Notes: generated by a model from the sequence alone, not told the origin. A DNA stretch of 64,000 nt from an uncultured Actinomycetota bacterium (GCA_963839835.1 CAWIWO010000016.1:10573-74572), one strand, 5' to 3'. Positions 20,745 through 31,229 are shown, counted from the first letter of the stretch. Numbers and translations: made by a program.

Positions 20745-23700
20745 GTGCGCATCCACTTCCCCGCCGACCTTCCCGTCTCGGCCCGACGCGACGACATCGC
20801 GGCAGCGATCCGGGACCACCAGGTCGTGGTGGTAGCGGGGGAGACCGGCTCGGGGAAGACCACCCAGCTGCCCAAGATCGCCCTGATGCTGGGACGCGGC
20901 GCCGTCTCGGAGCCCGGCGGCGGCATGATCGGCCACACCCAGCCACGGCGCATCGCCGCTCGGAGCGTGGCGGAGCGGATCGCCGAGGAGCTCGGCACCG
21001 AGCTGGGCGAGACGGTCGGCTACCAGGTGAGGTTCACCGATCGCACCTCCGCGCAGAGCCGGGTCAAGGTGATGACCGACGGGATCCTGCTGGCGGAGCT
21101 GCAGCGCGACCGCGACCTGCGCCGCTACGACACGTTGATCATCGACGAGGCCCACGAGCGCAGCCTGAACATCGACTTCATCCTCGGGTACCTCACCCAG
21201 CTGCTGCCTCGCCGTCCCGACCTCAGGGTCGTGATCACCTCCGCGACGATCGACCCAGGCCGGTTCGCCGCGCACTTCGGCGGCGCTCCGGTGATCGAGG
21301 TCTCCGGGCGCACCTACCCGGTCGAGGTGCGCTACCGGCCACTGCTCGAGGAGTCGTACGACGACGAGGAAGGTGAGCCCGTCCAGCGCGACCAGACCGA
21401 GGCCATCGAGGCGGCCGTCGAGGAGCTGCGTGCCGACACGTCCGGCGACATCCTGGTGTTCCTCCCCGGCGAGCGCGAGATCCGCGACACCGCCGACGCG
21501 TTGAAGCGCTTCGAGCACGGGCCGCGGGGCTTCGACATCGTGCCGCTCTACTCCCGGCTCTCCGCCGCCGAGCAGCACCGCGTCTTCGAACGGCACACCC
21601 GGCGCCGGGTCGTGCTGGCCACCAACGTGGCCGAGACGTCGCTGACCGTTCCGGGAGTCACCGGGGTGATCGACACCGGGCTGGCGCGGATCAGCCGGTG
21701 GTCTGCGCGCACCAAGGTGCAGCGACTGCCCATCGAGCCGATCAGCCAGGCCTCGGCGCAGCAGCGCTCGGGGCGGTGCGGGCGCGTGGAGGCGGGTGTC
21801 GCGATCCGCCTCTACAGCCAGGAGGACTTCGAGTCACGGCCTGCCTTCACCGAGCCGGAGATCCTGCGCACCTCGTTGGCCAGCGTGATCCTGCAGATGA
21901 CCTCCCTGGGTCTCGGGCAGGTCGAGCAGTTCGGCTTCGTCGACCCGCCCGACCGGCGCGCCGTACGGGCCGGTGTCCAGCTGCTCGAGGAGCTGGGTGC
22001 CTTGGTCTCGACGAGCTCGACCGCCGGAAGGGGCGGGGACAGGCCGCGGTTGACGCGCATCGGCCGTCGCCTGGCCAGGCTGCCGATCGACCCGCGCCTC
22101 GCGCGGATGATCCTCGAGGCCGACCGGCTGGGCTGCCTGCGCCAGGTGCTGGTGATCACCGCCGCGCTGTCCATCCAGGACCCCCGGGAACGGCCGGAGG
22201 AGCACCGGGCGCGTGCCGACCAGCTGCACGCGCGCTTCCGCGACCCGCGGTCGGACTTCGCGGCGTGGCTGAACCTGTGGCGCCACCTGCGGACGCAGCA
22301 GCAGGAGATGGGCTCCAGCGCCTTCCGCCGGTTGTGCCGCGCCGAGCACCTGAACTACGTCCGCGTCCGCGAGTGGCAGGACTTCGAGAGCCAGCTGCGC
22401 CAGGTCGCCCGCGACGTCGGGCTCAAGCCCGGCAGGGCCGACTGGCTCGACCAGGAGGCCGGTGCCGACCTCGACGCCGTGCACCAGGCGTTGCTCGCCG
22501 GCCTGCTCTCCCACATCGGCCTCCGCGACTCCAGCGGCGCCAGGGGTGACTACCTCGGTGCCCGCGGGACGCGGTTCGCGATCTTCCCGGGCTCGGGGCT
22601 GTTCAAGAACCCGCCCGAGCTGGTGATGGCCGCCGAGCTCGTCGAGACCAGCCGGCTCTGGGGCCGGCAGAACGCCGCCATCGACCCGCAGTGGGCCGAG
22701 CGGCTCGGCGGCGACCTGGTCAAGCGGCAGTACAACGAGCCGCACTGGTCCCGGAAGCGGGCCGCCGCGATGGCGCACGAGCGCGTGACGTTGTACGGCG
22801 TCCCGCTTGTCGCGGACCGCGTCGTACCCCTCGGCCAGCGTGACCCGGAGCTGGCCCGCGAGCTGTTCGTCCGGCACGCACTGGTGCAGGGGGAGTGGAA
22901 CACCCGGCACCGGTTCCTGCGGACCAACCAGGAGCTGCTGGAGCGGGCCGAGGAGCTCGAGCACCGCGCCCGGCGTCGCGGCATCGTCGTCGACGAGGAG
23001 ACCCTGTTCGACTTCTACGACGCACGGGTGCCGGCTGACGTCGTCTCGGGGGCGCACTTCGACAGCTGGTGGAAGAACGAACGCCGCGCGCGACCCGAGC
23101 TGCTGACCTTCGACCCCTCGATGCTCGTGCGCGACGGCGCCGGACCGGGAGAGGGGGAGTTCCCCGACGAGTGGCGCGAGGGGTCGTCCTCGCTCCCGTT
23201 GAGGTACCACTTCGAGCCCGGCAGCGAGGACGACGGCGTCACCGTCGACGTCCCGCTCGCCACCTTGAACACCGTGGAGGCGGCGGCCTTCACCTGGAAC
23301 GTGCCGGGCCTGCGTCACGAGCTGGTGACCGCGCTGATCCGGTCGCTGCCCAAGCAGCTGCGGGTCAACTTCGTCCCGGCCCCCGACGTGGCCAGGCGTT
23401 TCCTCGAAGCAGTGCCCCCGGGGGAGGAGACGCTGCTGGAGGCGCTCGCGCGGTACCTCCGGTCGCTGGCCGGTGTGCACGTGCCCCCGGAGGCATGGGA
23501 CCTCACCAAGGTGCCGGACCACCTGCGGCCCACGTTCCGCGTCGTCGACACAGACGGCCACGAGGTCGCCCGCGGCAAGGACCTCGACGCCCTCAAGGAG
23601 CCGCTGCGCCCCGCGTTCGACCGGGCGGTGCAGGAGGCAGCGGAGGAGTCCGGCGTCACCGCGACCGGTCAGCGGACCTGGACCTTCGGCACCATCGAGC

Positions 23701-24518
23701 CCTCCTTCACCCGGATGCGGGCCGGGCACGAGGTGCGTGGGTTCCCGGCGCTGGTCGACGAGGGCCCGGAGAACGGGGGCGGCGTCGGGTTGCGCGTCGC
23801 CGCCTCGGCCGAGGAGCAGGAGGCCGATCACCGGCTCGGCGTACGACGCCTGCTGCTGCTCGCGAACCCCAGCCCGACCGAGATGCTCCTCGAGGGCCTG
23901 GACAACGCCGCGAAGCTCGCGCTCTCCGCGTCGCCGTACCCGAGCGCTCGGGCGCTCCTCGACGACTGCGCAGTCGCCGCTGCAGGCGAGCTGGTCGACC
24001 AGGCCGGGGAGGTGCGCGACGAGGCCGCCTTCGCCGTGCTGGCCGACCAGGCACGCCGCGAGCTCGCCGACCGTGCCGCGCAGGTGCTCCAGCTGGTGCT
24101 GCGCGTCCTCGCCGAGTGGCGGCCCGTGGACAAGGCGCTGCACGGACGGGTGGACCTTCCGTTGCTCCCGGCGATGACCGACATGCGCGCCCAGCTCGCC
24201 GGCCTGGTGCACCCCGGCTTCATCGGGGCGGCGGGTCCGACCAGGCTGCGGGACTACCCGCGTTACCTGCGGGGCATCCAGGAACGGCTCGACCGCCTCG
24301 CCGACATCGGCCGCGACCGCGAGCTGATGGCACGCGTCCAGCCGCTGCAGGAGGCCTGGCAGCACCGCGTCGACGCCCTGCCCGAGGGCCGCCCGCTGCC
24401 CGCCGACCTGCGTCGGGTCCGCTGGCTGCTGGAGGAGCTCCGGGTCAGCCTCTGGGCCCAGCACCTCGGCACCGCCGTACCGGTCTCGGAGACGCGGATC
24501 TGGAAGGCGCTGGGGTGA
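20745..24518 (+). CDS. hrpA: ATP-dependent RNA helicase HrpA
   Basis: GETGSGKTTQLPK, TQPRR, DEAHERS, SAT, ATNVAETSLT, QRSGRCGR, C-terminal EELRVSLWAQ. Confidence 0.97.
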   Translation: MRIHFPADLPVSARRDDIAAAIRDHQVVVVAGETGSGKTTQLPKIALMLGRGAVSEPGGGMIGHTQPRRIAARSVAERIAEELGTELGETVGYQVRFTDRTSAQSRVKVMTDGILLAELQRDRDLRRYDTLIIDEAHERSLNIDFILGYLTQLLPRRPDLRVVITSATIDPGRFAAHFGGAPVIEVSGRTYPVEVRYRPLLEESYDDEEGEPVQRDQTEAIEAAVEELRADTSGDILVFLPGEREIRDTADALKRFEHGPRGFDIVPLYSRLSAAEQHRVFERHTRRRVVLATNVAETSLTVPGVTGVIDTGLARISRWSARTKVQRLPIEPISQASAQQRSGRCGRVEAGVAIRLYSQEDFESRPAFTEPEILRTSLASVILQMTSLGLGQVEQFGFVDPPDRRAVRAGVQLLEELGALVSTSSTAGRGGDRPRLTRIGRRLARLPIDPRLARMILEADRLGCLRQVLVITAALSIQDPRERPEEHRARADQLHARFRDPRSDFAAWLNLWRHLRTQQQEMGSSAFRRLCRAEHLNYVRVREWQDFESQLRQVARDVGLKPGRADWLDQEAGADLDAVHQALLAGLLSHIGLRDSSGARGDYLGARGTRFAIFPGSGLFKNPPELVMAAELVETSRLWGRQNAAIDPQWAERLGGDLVKRQYNEPHWSRKRAAAMAHERVTLYGVPLVADRVVPLGQRDPELARELFVRHALVQGEWNTRHRFLRTNQELLERAEELEHRARRRGIVVDEETLFDFYDARVPADVVSGAHFDSWWKNERRARPELLTFDPSMLVRDGAGPGEGEFPDEWREGSSSLPLRYHFEPGSEDDGVTVDVPLATLNTVEAAAFTWNVPGLRHELVTALIRSLPKQLRVNFVPAPDVARRFLEAVPPGEETLLEALARYLRSLAGVHVPPEAWDLTKVPDHLRPTFRVVDTDGHEVARGKDLDALKEPLRPAFDRAVQEAAEESGVTATGQRTWTFGTIEPSFTRMRAGHEVRGFPALVDEGPENGGGVGLRVAASAEEQEADHRLGVRRLLLLANPSPTEMLLEGLDNAAKLALSASPYPSARALLDDCAVAAAGELVDQAGEVRDEAAFAVLADQARRELADRAAQVLQLVLRVLAEWRPVDKALHGRVDLPLLPAMTDMRAQLAGLVHPGFIGAAGPTRLRDYPRYLRGIQERLDRLADIGRDRELMARVQPLQEAWQHRVDALPEGRPLPADLRRVRWLLEELRVSLWAQHLGTAVPVSETRIWKALG

Positions 24519-24523
24519 GTGCG

Positions 24524-24608
24524 GATTCACCGGCCAACCGGTGAATCTTCGCCATGCGCGCGAATTAACGCGCGTTCCTGCAAGTTTCACCGGCCGACCG
24601 GTGAAACT
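24524..24608. repeat. Double-hairpin REP-like element between convergent genes
   Basis: GATTCACCGG-ccaa-CCGGTGAATC and AGTTTCACCGG-ccga-CCGGTGAAACT flank CGCGCG-aattaa-CGCGCG. Confidence 0.75.
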
Positions 24609-24617
24609 GCGCCGGGC

Positions 24618-25043
24618 TCAGAGGTACGGCGCGGCAGCCGCCACCACGGCGTCGAAGGTCTCGCGTGCCAGGGCGGCGCCCTCGCGGCGCACGGAGGTGG
24701 GGTCGAGGCGCAGCAGGCGGTTGAGCCGGACCTCGCTGGGACGACGCTGGCTGTCCCAGTCGCCGGAGCCCACGTCCATCCAGACCCGTCCCGCCCGGCG
24801 CTCCTGCTCGGCGTCGCGGTCGTGGTCCTTCGAGGTGAGCTGGAGGGCCAGCAGCACGCCGTCCTCCACGTCGAGGACCAGGACCGGACGGTCCTTGCCG
24901 CGGCTCGGGTCGTCCTCGTAGGCGACCCAGGCCCACACGACCTCACCAGGATCGGGGTGCCCGTCCGGCCGCGGCGCCCACCGAGGTCTCCAGCGCAGGC
25001 GCGGCGCCACCGGGTTGCGGAGGCGGGGGAGCGGGAGCCTCAT
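24618..25043 (-). CDS. PemK/MazF-like protein
   Basis: PDPGEVVWAWVAYEDD..GKDRPVLV..LTSK, WD....SEVRLNR..VRREGA. Confidence 0.8.
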   Translation of the reverse strand: MRLPLPRLRNPVAPRLRWRPRWAPRPDGHPDPGEVVWAWVAYEDDPSRGKDRPVLVLDVEDGVLLALQLTSKDHDRDAEQERRAGRVWMDVGSGDWDSQRRPSEVRLNRLLRLDPTSVRREGAALARETFDAVVAAAAPYL

Positions 25044-25185
25044 CCACACCTCCGGGAAGCTGTGCGCCGGACCGGGAGCGCCTCACGGCGCGTGGCCGCT
25101 CGTAGCGGCTGATTTTGGGACCCGGGGCTGCCACGGCCCGGCGCGAGACCCACTCTACCGGCGCGGGCAACGCCGTCGAGAGTGA

Positions 25186-25809
25186 TCAGGCCAACACGCC
25201 GTCGATCTCCAGCCGAGCGGCGTGGTCGAGCTGCTCGGCCAGGGTCAGCAGACGCGAGGCCGACAGGTCCGAGGCGTACGACGACGCACCGACCGTCTCC
25301 GCTCGCGTGTCGTGCGCGCGGCCGGCTGCGGCCACCCGCGCGAAGGCAGCCGCGCGCAGCAACGTGTCGGCGAAGTCACCGACGACCACCCCGCCGAGCA
25401 CCTCGTCGACCAGCGACCGGACCTCGTCCGGGCCGGGCGGGTCCACCACTCCAGAGACCACCTCGGCCACCGGCACGTGCGCGCGACCGCGGTCGTACTC
25501 GCTGGCGGCCGTCCGCGGGTCGGCGTAGACCCAGGTGCGCAGCAGGTAGAGGCGCCACAGCGCGCCGGCCAGGGAGTCCGAGGGCGCTCCCGACCACAGC
25601 TCGGCGAGGGTCTCCAGACCCTCGGAGTCGGCGAGGTGCACGACTCGCTCGACCAGCTCGTGGTCCGACCGGCCGCGGGCTCCGCGAACCAGGGCGGTGG
25701 CCGCACGGTCTGCTGCCTCGCTGAGGGCGGCCGGGTCGGAGTCGCTCTCGATCTCCTCGAACGTCTCGGCACCGGGCAGCATCGGTCGGTGATGGCGGCG
25801 TTCGCTCAT
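25186..25809 (-). CDS. Conserved actinobacterial hypothetical protein
   Basis: LAELWS...SLAGALWRLYLLRTWV, GDF...L.RAAAF; typical codon bias. Confidence 0.7.
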   Translation of the reverse strand: MSERRHHRPMLPGAETFEEIESDSDPAALSEAADRAATALVRGARGRSDHELVERVVHLADSEGLETLAELWSGAPSDSLAGALWRLYLLRTWVYADPRTAASEYDRGRAHVPVAEVVSGVVDPPGPDEVRSLVDEVLGGVVVGDFADTLLRAAAFARVAAAGRAHDTRAETVGASSYASDLSASRLLTLAEQLDHAARLEIDGVLA

Positions 25810-25811
25810 CC

Positions 25812-26576
25812 TCAGCCCAGCTTTCCTGCGGCAGCCTTGACGGCCAGCTGCATCGGGTCCTGGCCGGGCGGGTAGTTGTGGTCCTGGCCCCCGTGGTCGA
25901 TCCGGACCAGGCTCATCCGCGTCCCGGAGAGCACCACGCCGAGCTCGTGGAAGTGGCCCTCGCCGTTGCGCACGTAGCTGACGATGTACCACCACCCGGT
26001 GCCGGAGGCGACCGGAACCGCCGAGATCGGATCCACCCGCACGCTCGTTCCAGGCACGCGGGTGGCGCAGCTGCGGTGCCACGCCTGGATCACCTTGCTC
26101 GCCCGCGCTGCGTTGGCGGCGTCGGGGAAGGTGGCGATCTGCTGGCCGGCCGTGCCGCCGCCCGCAGAGGTGAAGCGCCGCTCGACCGCCTGCTCGGCGC
26201 CGATGGAGAGCAGGTCGAACTTCGCGCACAACCCGAAGGGCCGGGACCCGATCGGTCCGGTACGGCCCTGCTTCCACTGCTGGGTGTCGTTGAGCGTCGG
26301 CATCTCCTGGGCGGTGAGGAGCGCGGCCTGGGGGGCCAGGGTGGGCGAGGGTGCGGACGTCGGGGACTGCGTCGCCGTCTCCGTGGGCGTGGCCGACTCG
26401 GACTCCGTCGGGGTCACGGACTCGGTCGGCTCCGGCGAGGCGGAGGTGGTCGGCTCGTCGCTGGCGTGGTCGTCACTGCTGACGCCGCACCCGGCGAGCA
26501 CACCGAGGGCGAGCAGGAGGACGACGAGCACGGGTGCCTGGGCACGTTCTTGGGCACGCTTCCGGGTCGGCGACAT
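25812..26576 (-). CDS. Putative lipoprotein
   Basis: Hydrophobic stretch with lipobox LAGC, Ser/Thr/Pro linker, globular domain with two Cys. Confidence 0.75.
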   Translation of the reverse strand: MSPTRKRAQERAQAPVLVVLLLALGVLAGCGVSSDDHASDEPTTSASPEPTESVTPTESESATPTETATQSPTSAPSPTLAPQAALLTAQEMPTLNDTQQWKQGRTGPIGSRPFGLCAKFDLLSIGAEQAVERRFTSAGGGTAGQQIATFPDAANAARASKVIQAWHRSCATRVPGTSVRVDPISAVPVASGTGWWYIVSYVRNGEGHFHELGVVLSGTRMSLVRIDHGGQDHNYPPGQDPMQLAVKAAAGKLG

Positions 26577-26701
26577 GCCGCCAGCGTAGAGGCCCGCGGT
26601 GCCTCACCCCGGCGGCTGCCGACGGTGTGGCGCGGGCCGATATCGTGGCGCGGGTGCCCGGCACCGGGCACCCGCCGGGTGCAGCTGGGACCGGGCGCCG
26701 G

Positions 26702-28093
26702 ATGACGACGGGACGGTCGATGCGGGTCAGGACGACGGCGCGGGCCGCGGTCGCGCTGCTCGCGGCCGCCGCGCTGGCCACCGGCTGCGCGAGCGGGGAC
26801 GACCAGCCGGCGAAACCGCCCTCCGCGAGCCCGACCGGTCCCGCCGAGGTCACCCTGGCCGTCTACGGCCCGCCTGCCGTGGTCGCCGCCTACAAGCGAC
26901 TCGCGGCGGACTTCGGGGCGACGCACCCCAAGACGGTCGTCAAGGTCATGTCATACGCCACCCACGACCAGGCACTGGACGCGATGCGGGCCGCCACCGA
27001 GAAGGGCGATCCCCCGGACCTCTTCCAGGTCGACGGCGACGACCTGCCGGCGCTCACTGCTGACAAGGAGATCCAGCGCGTCGACGACCTTCTCTCCGAG
27101 CGGGAGGTGGACTTCGGCGACGGATACACGCGGTCCTCCCTGGAGGCGTTCAGCTCCGACTCCGCCCTGCAGTGCATGCCCACGGATGTCTCTCCGCTGG
27201 TCGTCTACTACAACACCCGGTTGATCGACCTCAGTCTCGCTGCCGAGCCCGACCACCGGCCGGTCACGCAGGAGACCGGCTGGACGCTCGACGAGTTCGC
27301 ACGCGCGGCCGGGCTCGCCCGGCACCCCGGTGTGCGGGGCCTCTACGTGTCACCGGACCTCGTGCAGGTGGCTCCCTTCATCTGGTCCGGGGGCGGTGAC
27401 CTGGTCGACGACCCGGACGACCCGAAGTCGCTCGCCCTGTCCGAGGACAGCTCGGCAACCGCCATGCGCAGCTTCCTCGACGTCGTGCGCAACCCCGACC
27501 TCACCTTCGACCAGGCGGCACTGCGCAGGAGCTCCCCGGTCCAGCGGTTCAAGGCGGGCCGGCTCGGCATGATGCTGGGCACCCGCGACCTCACTCCGGT
27601 GCTCCGGACGCAGCAGGGCCTCAACTTCGACGTGATGCCGCTGCCCCGGGCGGGGGGCGCAGCGACCGATTCGACCCAGAAGGGCCTCTGCATCGCCGCC
27701 AAGTCCGACCACGTCGCCGGCGCTGCCGACCTGCTCACCTACCTGGTCTCGACCAAGAGCGCCGACGTCCTCGCGGCCACCGGCTACGTGCAGCCGACCA
27801 ACCTCGACGCGGTCAACGGCGACAGCTTCCTCCAGCGGGGACAGCGCCCACTGCACGCCGAGGTCTTCGAGCGCGAGCTGCGCCACGTGCAGCCGCTGCC
27901 GCGCACCCGCTACTGGCCCGTCGTACGTCGGGCCACGGTGGCCCCGCTCGCCCATCTCTACTACGACACGCTCATCGAGCCGCTCGCCGACCGCCTCGCC
28001 GCGATCGACCAGGCCTCGGTGCCGTTGTTCGACCCCAATGCCACGCCGTCGCCGTCACCCAGCGGCAGCCCCAGCGCGAGTCCGTCCGGCTAG
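26702..28093 (+). CDS. ABC transporter extracellular solute-binding lipoprotein (sugar-type)
   Basis: ATGC lipobox, PPDLF, VVYYN, WTLDEF, F..GRLGM, FDVMPLP. Confidence 0.85.
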   Translation: MTTGRSMRVRTTARAAVALLAAAALATGCASGDDQPAKPPSASPTGPAEVTLAVYGPPAVVAAYKRLAADFGATHPKTVVKVMSYATHDQALDAMRAATEKGDPPDLFQVDGDDLPALTADKEIQRVDDLLSEREVDFGDGYTRSSLEAFSSDSALQCMPTDVSPLVVYYNTRLIDLSLAAEPDHRPVTQETGWTLDEFARAAGLARHPGVRGLYVSPDLVQVAPFIWSGGGDLVDDPDDPKSLALSEDSSATAMRSFLDVVRNPDLTFDQAALRRSSPVQRFKAGRLGMMLGTRDLTPVLRTQQGLNFDVMPLPRAGGAATDSTQKGLCIAAKSDHVAGAADLLTYLVSTKSADVLAATGYVQPTNLDAVNGDSFLQRGQRPLHAEVFERELRHVQPLPRTRYWPVVRRATVAPLAHLYYDTLIEPLADRLAAIDQASVPLFDPNATPSPSPSGSPSASPSG

Positions 28094-29427
28094 CTCGCCG
28101 CCCCGGCGCCGTCCGGCTCTTCCGCCACGACCTCGACAGGCACGGCCTCGACCGGGTGTGCGATCGCCTCCGCGAGCAGCGGCGCGGTGATCTCGACCTG
28201 CCAGCGCCGTGCTCCGAGGCGGGTCAGGTCCGCGCCCACCAGCTCCTCGAGGTCGGGGCCGCCGACGGCCGGCGGCTTCCACAGCACCCGCCGCAGGTAG
28301 TCGGGAGTGAGCAGGTTCTCGACGGGGATCTGGTGCTCCTCGGCCCACGCCGTCACGATGCTGCGGGCGGTGGACAGCCTCGCCGCGGCGACGGGATCGC
28401 GCTCGGCCCAGACCCGCGGAGCGGGCGGGCCGTCGGAGCGGACGGCCAGGGGCGGCAGCTCGTTGTCGCGCAGGGCGCGGGCACGAGCCAGGGCCTCGAG
28501 CCAGCGGTCGGCGTAGCGCCGTGCTCCGCGGCCGTGGAACCCCGGGGTGTCCAGCAGGGACCGGACGTCGGTGGGGAGGGCGTTGGCCGCGGCGATGATG
28601 GCCGAGTCGGGGATCAGCCGGCCCGGCGTGGTGTCGCGCTTCTCGGCGATCTCGTCGCGGGTGGTCCACAGCTCCTTCACGGCCGCCAGACCACGGCGCC
28701 CGCGCGCCTTGTGGATGCCGGAGGTACGACGCCACGGGTCGTGCCGAGGTGGGGGCACGTGGTCGATCAGGTGCTGGAACTCCTCGCGCGCCCAGCCGTC
28801 CTTGCCGGACTCGAGCAGCTCCGCTGACAGCACCTCACGCAGCTCGAGCAGCACCTCCACGTCGAGGGCGGCGTACTCCAGCCACGGCTGGGGCAGCGGG
28901 CGTCGCGACCAGTCGACGGCGGAGTGCTCCTTGCGCATCGACCGGCCGAGGATCACCTCGACGAGGGTGGCCAGGCCGACGCGGGGGTAGCCCAGCAGGC
29001 GTGCAGCGAGCTCGGTGTCGAAGAGCCGGCTCGGTGTCAGGCCGACCTCGCGCAGGCACGGCAGGTCCTGGCTGGCCGCGTGCAGGATCCACTCGGCGTC
29101 GCCCATCGCCTCACCCAGGCCGGCCAGGCCGTCGTAGGCGATGGGGTCGACGAGCGCGGTGCCGGAACCCTCACGCCGCATCTGGATCAGGTAGGCGCGC
29201 GGGGAGTAGCGGTAGCCGGAGGCGCGCTCGGCGTCCAGGGCGATCGGGCCGGTGCCGGCGCGCACCCGCTCGACCAGCTCGGCCAGCGCCGGCTCGGTCT
29301 CGGTGATGGCCGGGAGCCCGTCGCGCAGGATCAGCAGCGGGACGGGCGGGGACTCCGCGGCTTCGGCCTCTGCCGCGGTCTCCGGCTTCTGGGTGTCCTG
29401 GGTCGTGTCGGGTGAGTCCGGGGCCAT
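28090..29427 (-). CDS. rnd: Ribonuclease D (3'-5' exonuclease plus HRDC)
   Basis: ALDAERASGYRY, ILHAASQDL, FDTELAARL, DWSRRPL, YAALDVE. Confidence 0.93.
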   Translation of the reverse strand: MAPDSPDTTQDTQKPETAAEAEAAESPPVPLLILRDGLPAITETEPALAELVERVRAGTGPIALDAERASGYRYSPRAYLIQMRREGSGTALVDPIAYDGLAGLGEAMGDAEWILHAASQDLPCLREVGLTPSRLFDTELAARLLGYPRVGLATLVEVILGRSMRKEHSAVDWSRRPLPQPWLEYAALDVEVLLELREVLSAELLESGKDGWAREEFQHLIDHVPPPRHDPWRRTSGIHKARGRRGLAAVKELWTTRDEIAEKRDTTPGRLIPDSAIIAAANALPTDVRSLLDTPGFHGRGARRYADRWLEALARARALRDNELPPLAVRSDGPPAPRVWAERDPVAAARLSTARSIVTAWAEEHQIPVENLLTPDYLRRVLWKPPAVGGPDLEELVGADLTRLGARRWQVEITAPLLAEAIAHPVEAVPVEVVAEEPDGAGAAS

Positions 29428-29437
29428 CAGTCTCGCG

Positions 29438-30071
29438 TCATCCCGATCCGACCCCCGGACCGGACCCGGACCCGGACGTTCCGCGCTGACCGCGACGGCT
29501 CGGGATGGTGGCCACGCCCTCTGGCACGGGCGGCAGCCCGACGGCGGTGCACAACAGCTCGCCCCAGGCCTCGACGTGCGCGGTCAGGTCGCCGACGGGC
29601 GACCACGAGGCGCGGATCTCCAGGTGGGCGGCGGCGGGCTCGTCGGACATGCCGCCGAAGCTCTCGGTGCTGACGCAGGTGACGCTGCCCGACGGGGCGC
29701 CGTACTCGGCCCCATGGGCTTCGAGCGCCTCGGTCAGCCAGCTCCAGCCGACCCCGGCCAGCATCGGGTCGGTGACCTGCTCAGGGTCGATCTCCGCGCG
29801 GGCGTAGGCGACGCAGCGGAAGGTGCCGTCCCAGGCGTCGTTGCCTGCAGGGTCGTGCAGCACGACGATGCGACCCGAGCCGACGTCCTCGCCCGCCGAC
29901 GGTGACGTCCGCGGACAGGGCGGAGGCGAACGGGGCGATCCGCTGGGGAGCCGGCATCTCCTCGACGAAGAGCTCCGGGCGGTACGTCGCCGAGCGCATC
30001 TGGCGCACGGCTCGGCGGAACTCCACCGGTGCCGCCGTGGGCTCGATGCGCGGGTGCTCGGATGCCGCCAT
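29438..30071 (-). CDS. DUF3000 family protein, frameshift near 29895
   Basis: PAPQRIAPF, LHDPAG..AWDGTFRCVAY, VGWSWL, EIRASWSP; usual rnd-DUF3000-hemE context. Confidence 0.85.
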
Positions 30072-30141
30072 GCCCAACAGCGTAGGCGGAGGCCGCCTCC
30101 CCGACCACGGGACTCGCCGCCTGACCTGCAAGGATCGGCCC

Positions 30142-31215
30142 ATGTCCGGCACCGGCCCGCCGAGCCCCCCGCTACCGGAGGCGCGCACAGCGCTGCACGA
30201 CTCGGCCTTCCTGCGCGCGGCCCGGGGCGAGCCGACGCCGTACACGCCGGTGTGGTTCATGCGGCAGGCGGGGCGGTCGCTGCCGGAGTACCTGCGCGTG
30301 CGTGAGGGCACCACCATGCTCGAGGCCTGCACCCGCCCCGAGCTGGTCGCCGAGATCACGATGCAGCCGGTCCGGCGCCACGGCGTGGACGCCGCGATCT
30401 TCTTCTCCGACATCGTGCTGCCGCTCAAGGCGGTCGGGGTCGACCTCGACATCGTGCCGGGCGTCGGTCCCGTGGTGGAGCGGCCCGTGCGCACGCTGGC
30501 CGACGTCCAGGCGATCCCGGACCTGACTCCGGACCACGTCCCCTACGTCACCGAGGCGGTGCAGCTGCTGCTGGGGGAGCTGGGCACCACCCCGTTGATC
30601 GGCTTCGCCGGGGCCCCGTTCACCGTGGCGTCGTACCTCGTCGAGGGTGGGCCGTCGAAGGACCATGCCCGCACCAAGGCGCTGATGTTCGGCGACCCGG
30701 ACCTGTGGGGCGCGCTGATGGACAAGATCGCCGGCATCGCCGCCGCCTACCTCGAGGTGCAGGTCGCCGCCGGCGCCTCCGCCGTCCAGCTCTTCGACTC
30801 CTGGGCCGGGGCCGTGACCAGGGCCGACTACGAGCAGCTGGTGATGCCCTGGTCCGCGCAGGTCCTCGAGCGGGTCGGCCGGACCGGTGTGCCGCGGATC
30901 CACTTCGGCGTCGGCACCGGCGAGATCCTCGACCTGATGGGTGCGGCGGGAGCCGACGTGGTCGGGGTGGACTGGCGGGTACCGCTCGCCGAGGGAGTAC
31001 GACGGGCCGGGGGCCGGGTCGTGCAGGGCAACCTCGACCCGACGCTCGTCTTCGCCCCCACCGAGGTGATGCTCGAGCGGGCCCGGGAGGTGCTCGAGGC
31101 CGGTGCGGCCGCGCCGGGCCACATCTTCAACCTCGGCCACGGGGTCATCCCCACCACGGACCCTGACCAGCTGACCCGCCTGACCGAGTTCGTCCAGCTG
31201 CACTCTGCTCGGTAG
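30142..31215 (+). CDS. hemE: Uroporphyrinogen decarboxylase
   Basis: PVWFMRQAGRSLPEY, FSDI, IGFAGAPFT, QLFDSWAG, QGNLDP, FNLGHG. Confidence 0.97.
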   Translation: MSGTGPPSPPLPEARTALHDSAFLRAARGEPTPYTPVWFMRQAGRSLPEYLRVREGTTMLEACTRPELVAEITMQPVRRHGVDAAIFFSDIVLPLKAVGVDLDIVPGVGPVVERPVRTLADVQAIPDLTPDHVPYVTEAVQLLLGELGTTPLIGFAGAPFTVASYLVEGGPSKDHARTKALMFGDPDLWGALMDKIAGIAAAYLEVQVAAGASAVQLFDSWAGAVTRADYEQLVMPWSAQVLERVGRTGVPRIHFGVGTGEILDLMGAAGADVVGVDWRVPLAEGVRRAGGRVVQGNLDPTLVFAPTEVMLERAREVLEAGAAAPGHIFNLGHGVIPTTDPDQLTRLTEFVQLHSAR

Positions 31216-31229
31216 GCCCCCGCACCACG

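Noticed and set aside
21834-24590. Long antisense ORFs (918 aa here; also 51781-54189, 57322-59343 and others)
   Set aside because: Shadow frames of high-GC genes with no recognisable motifs
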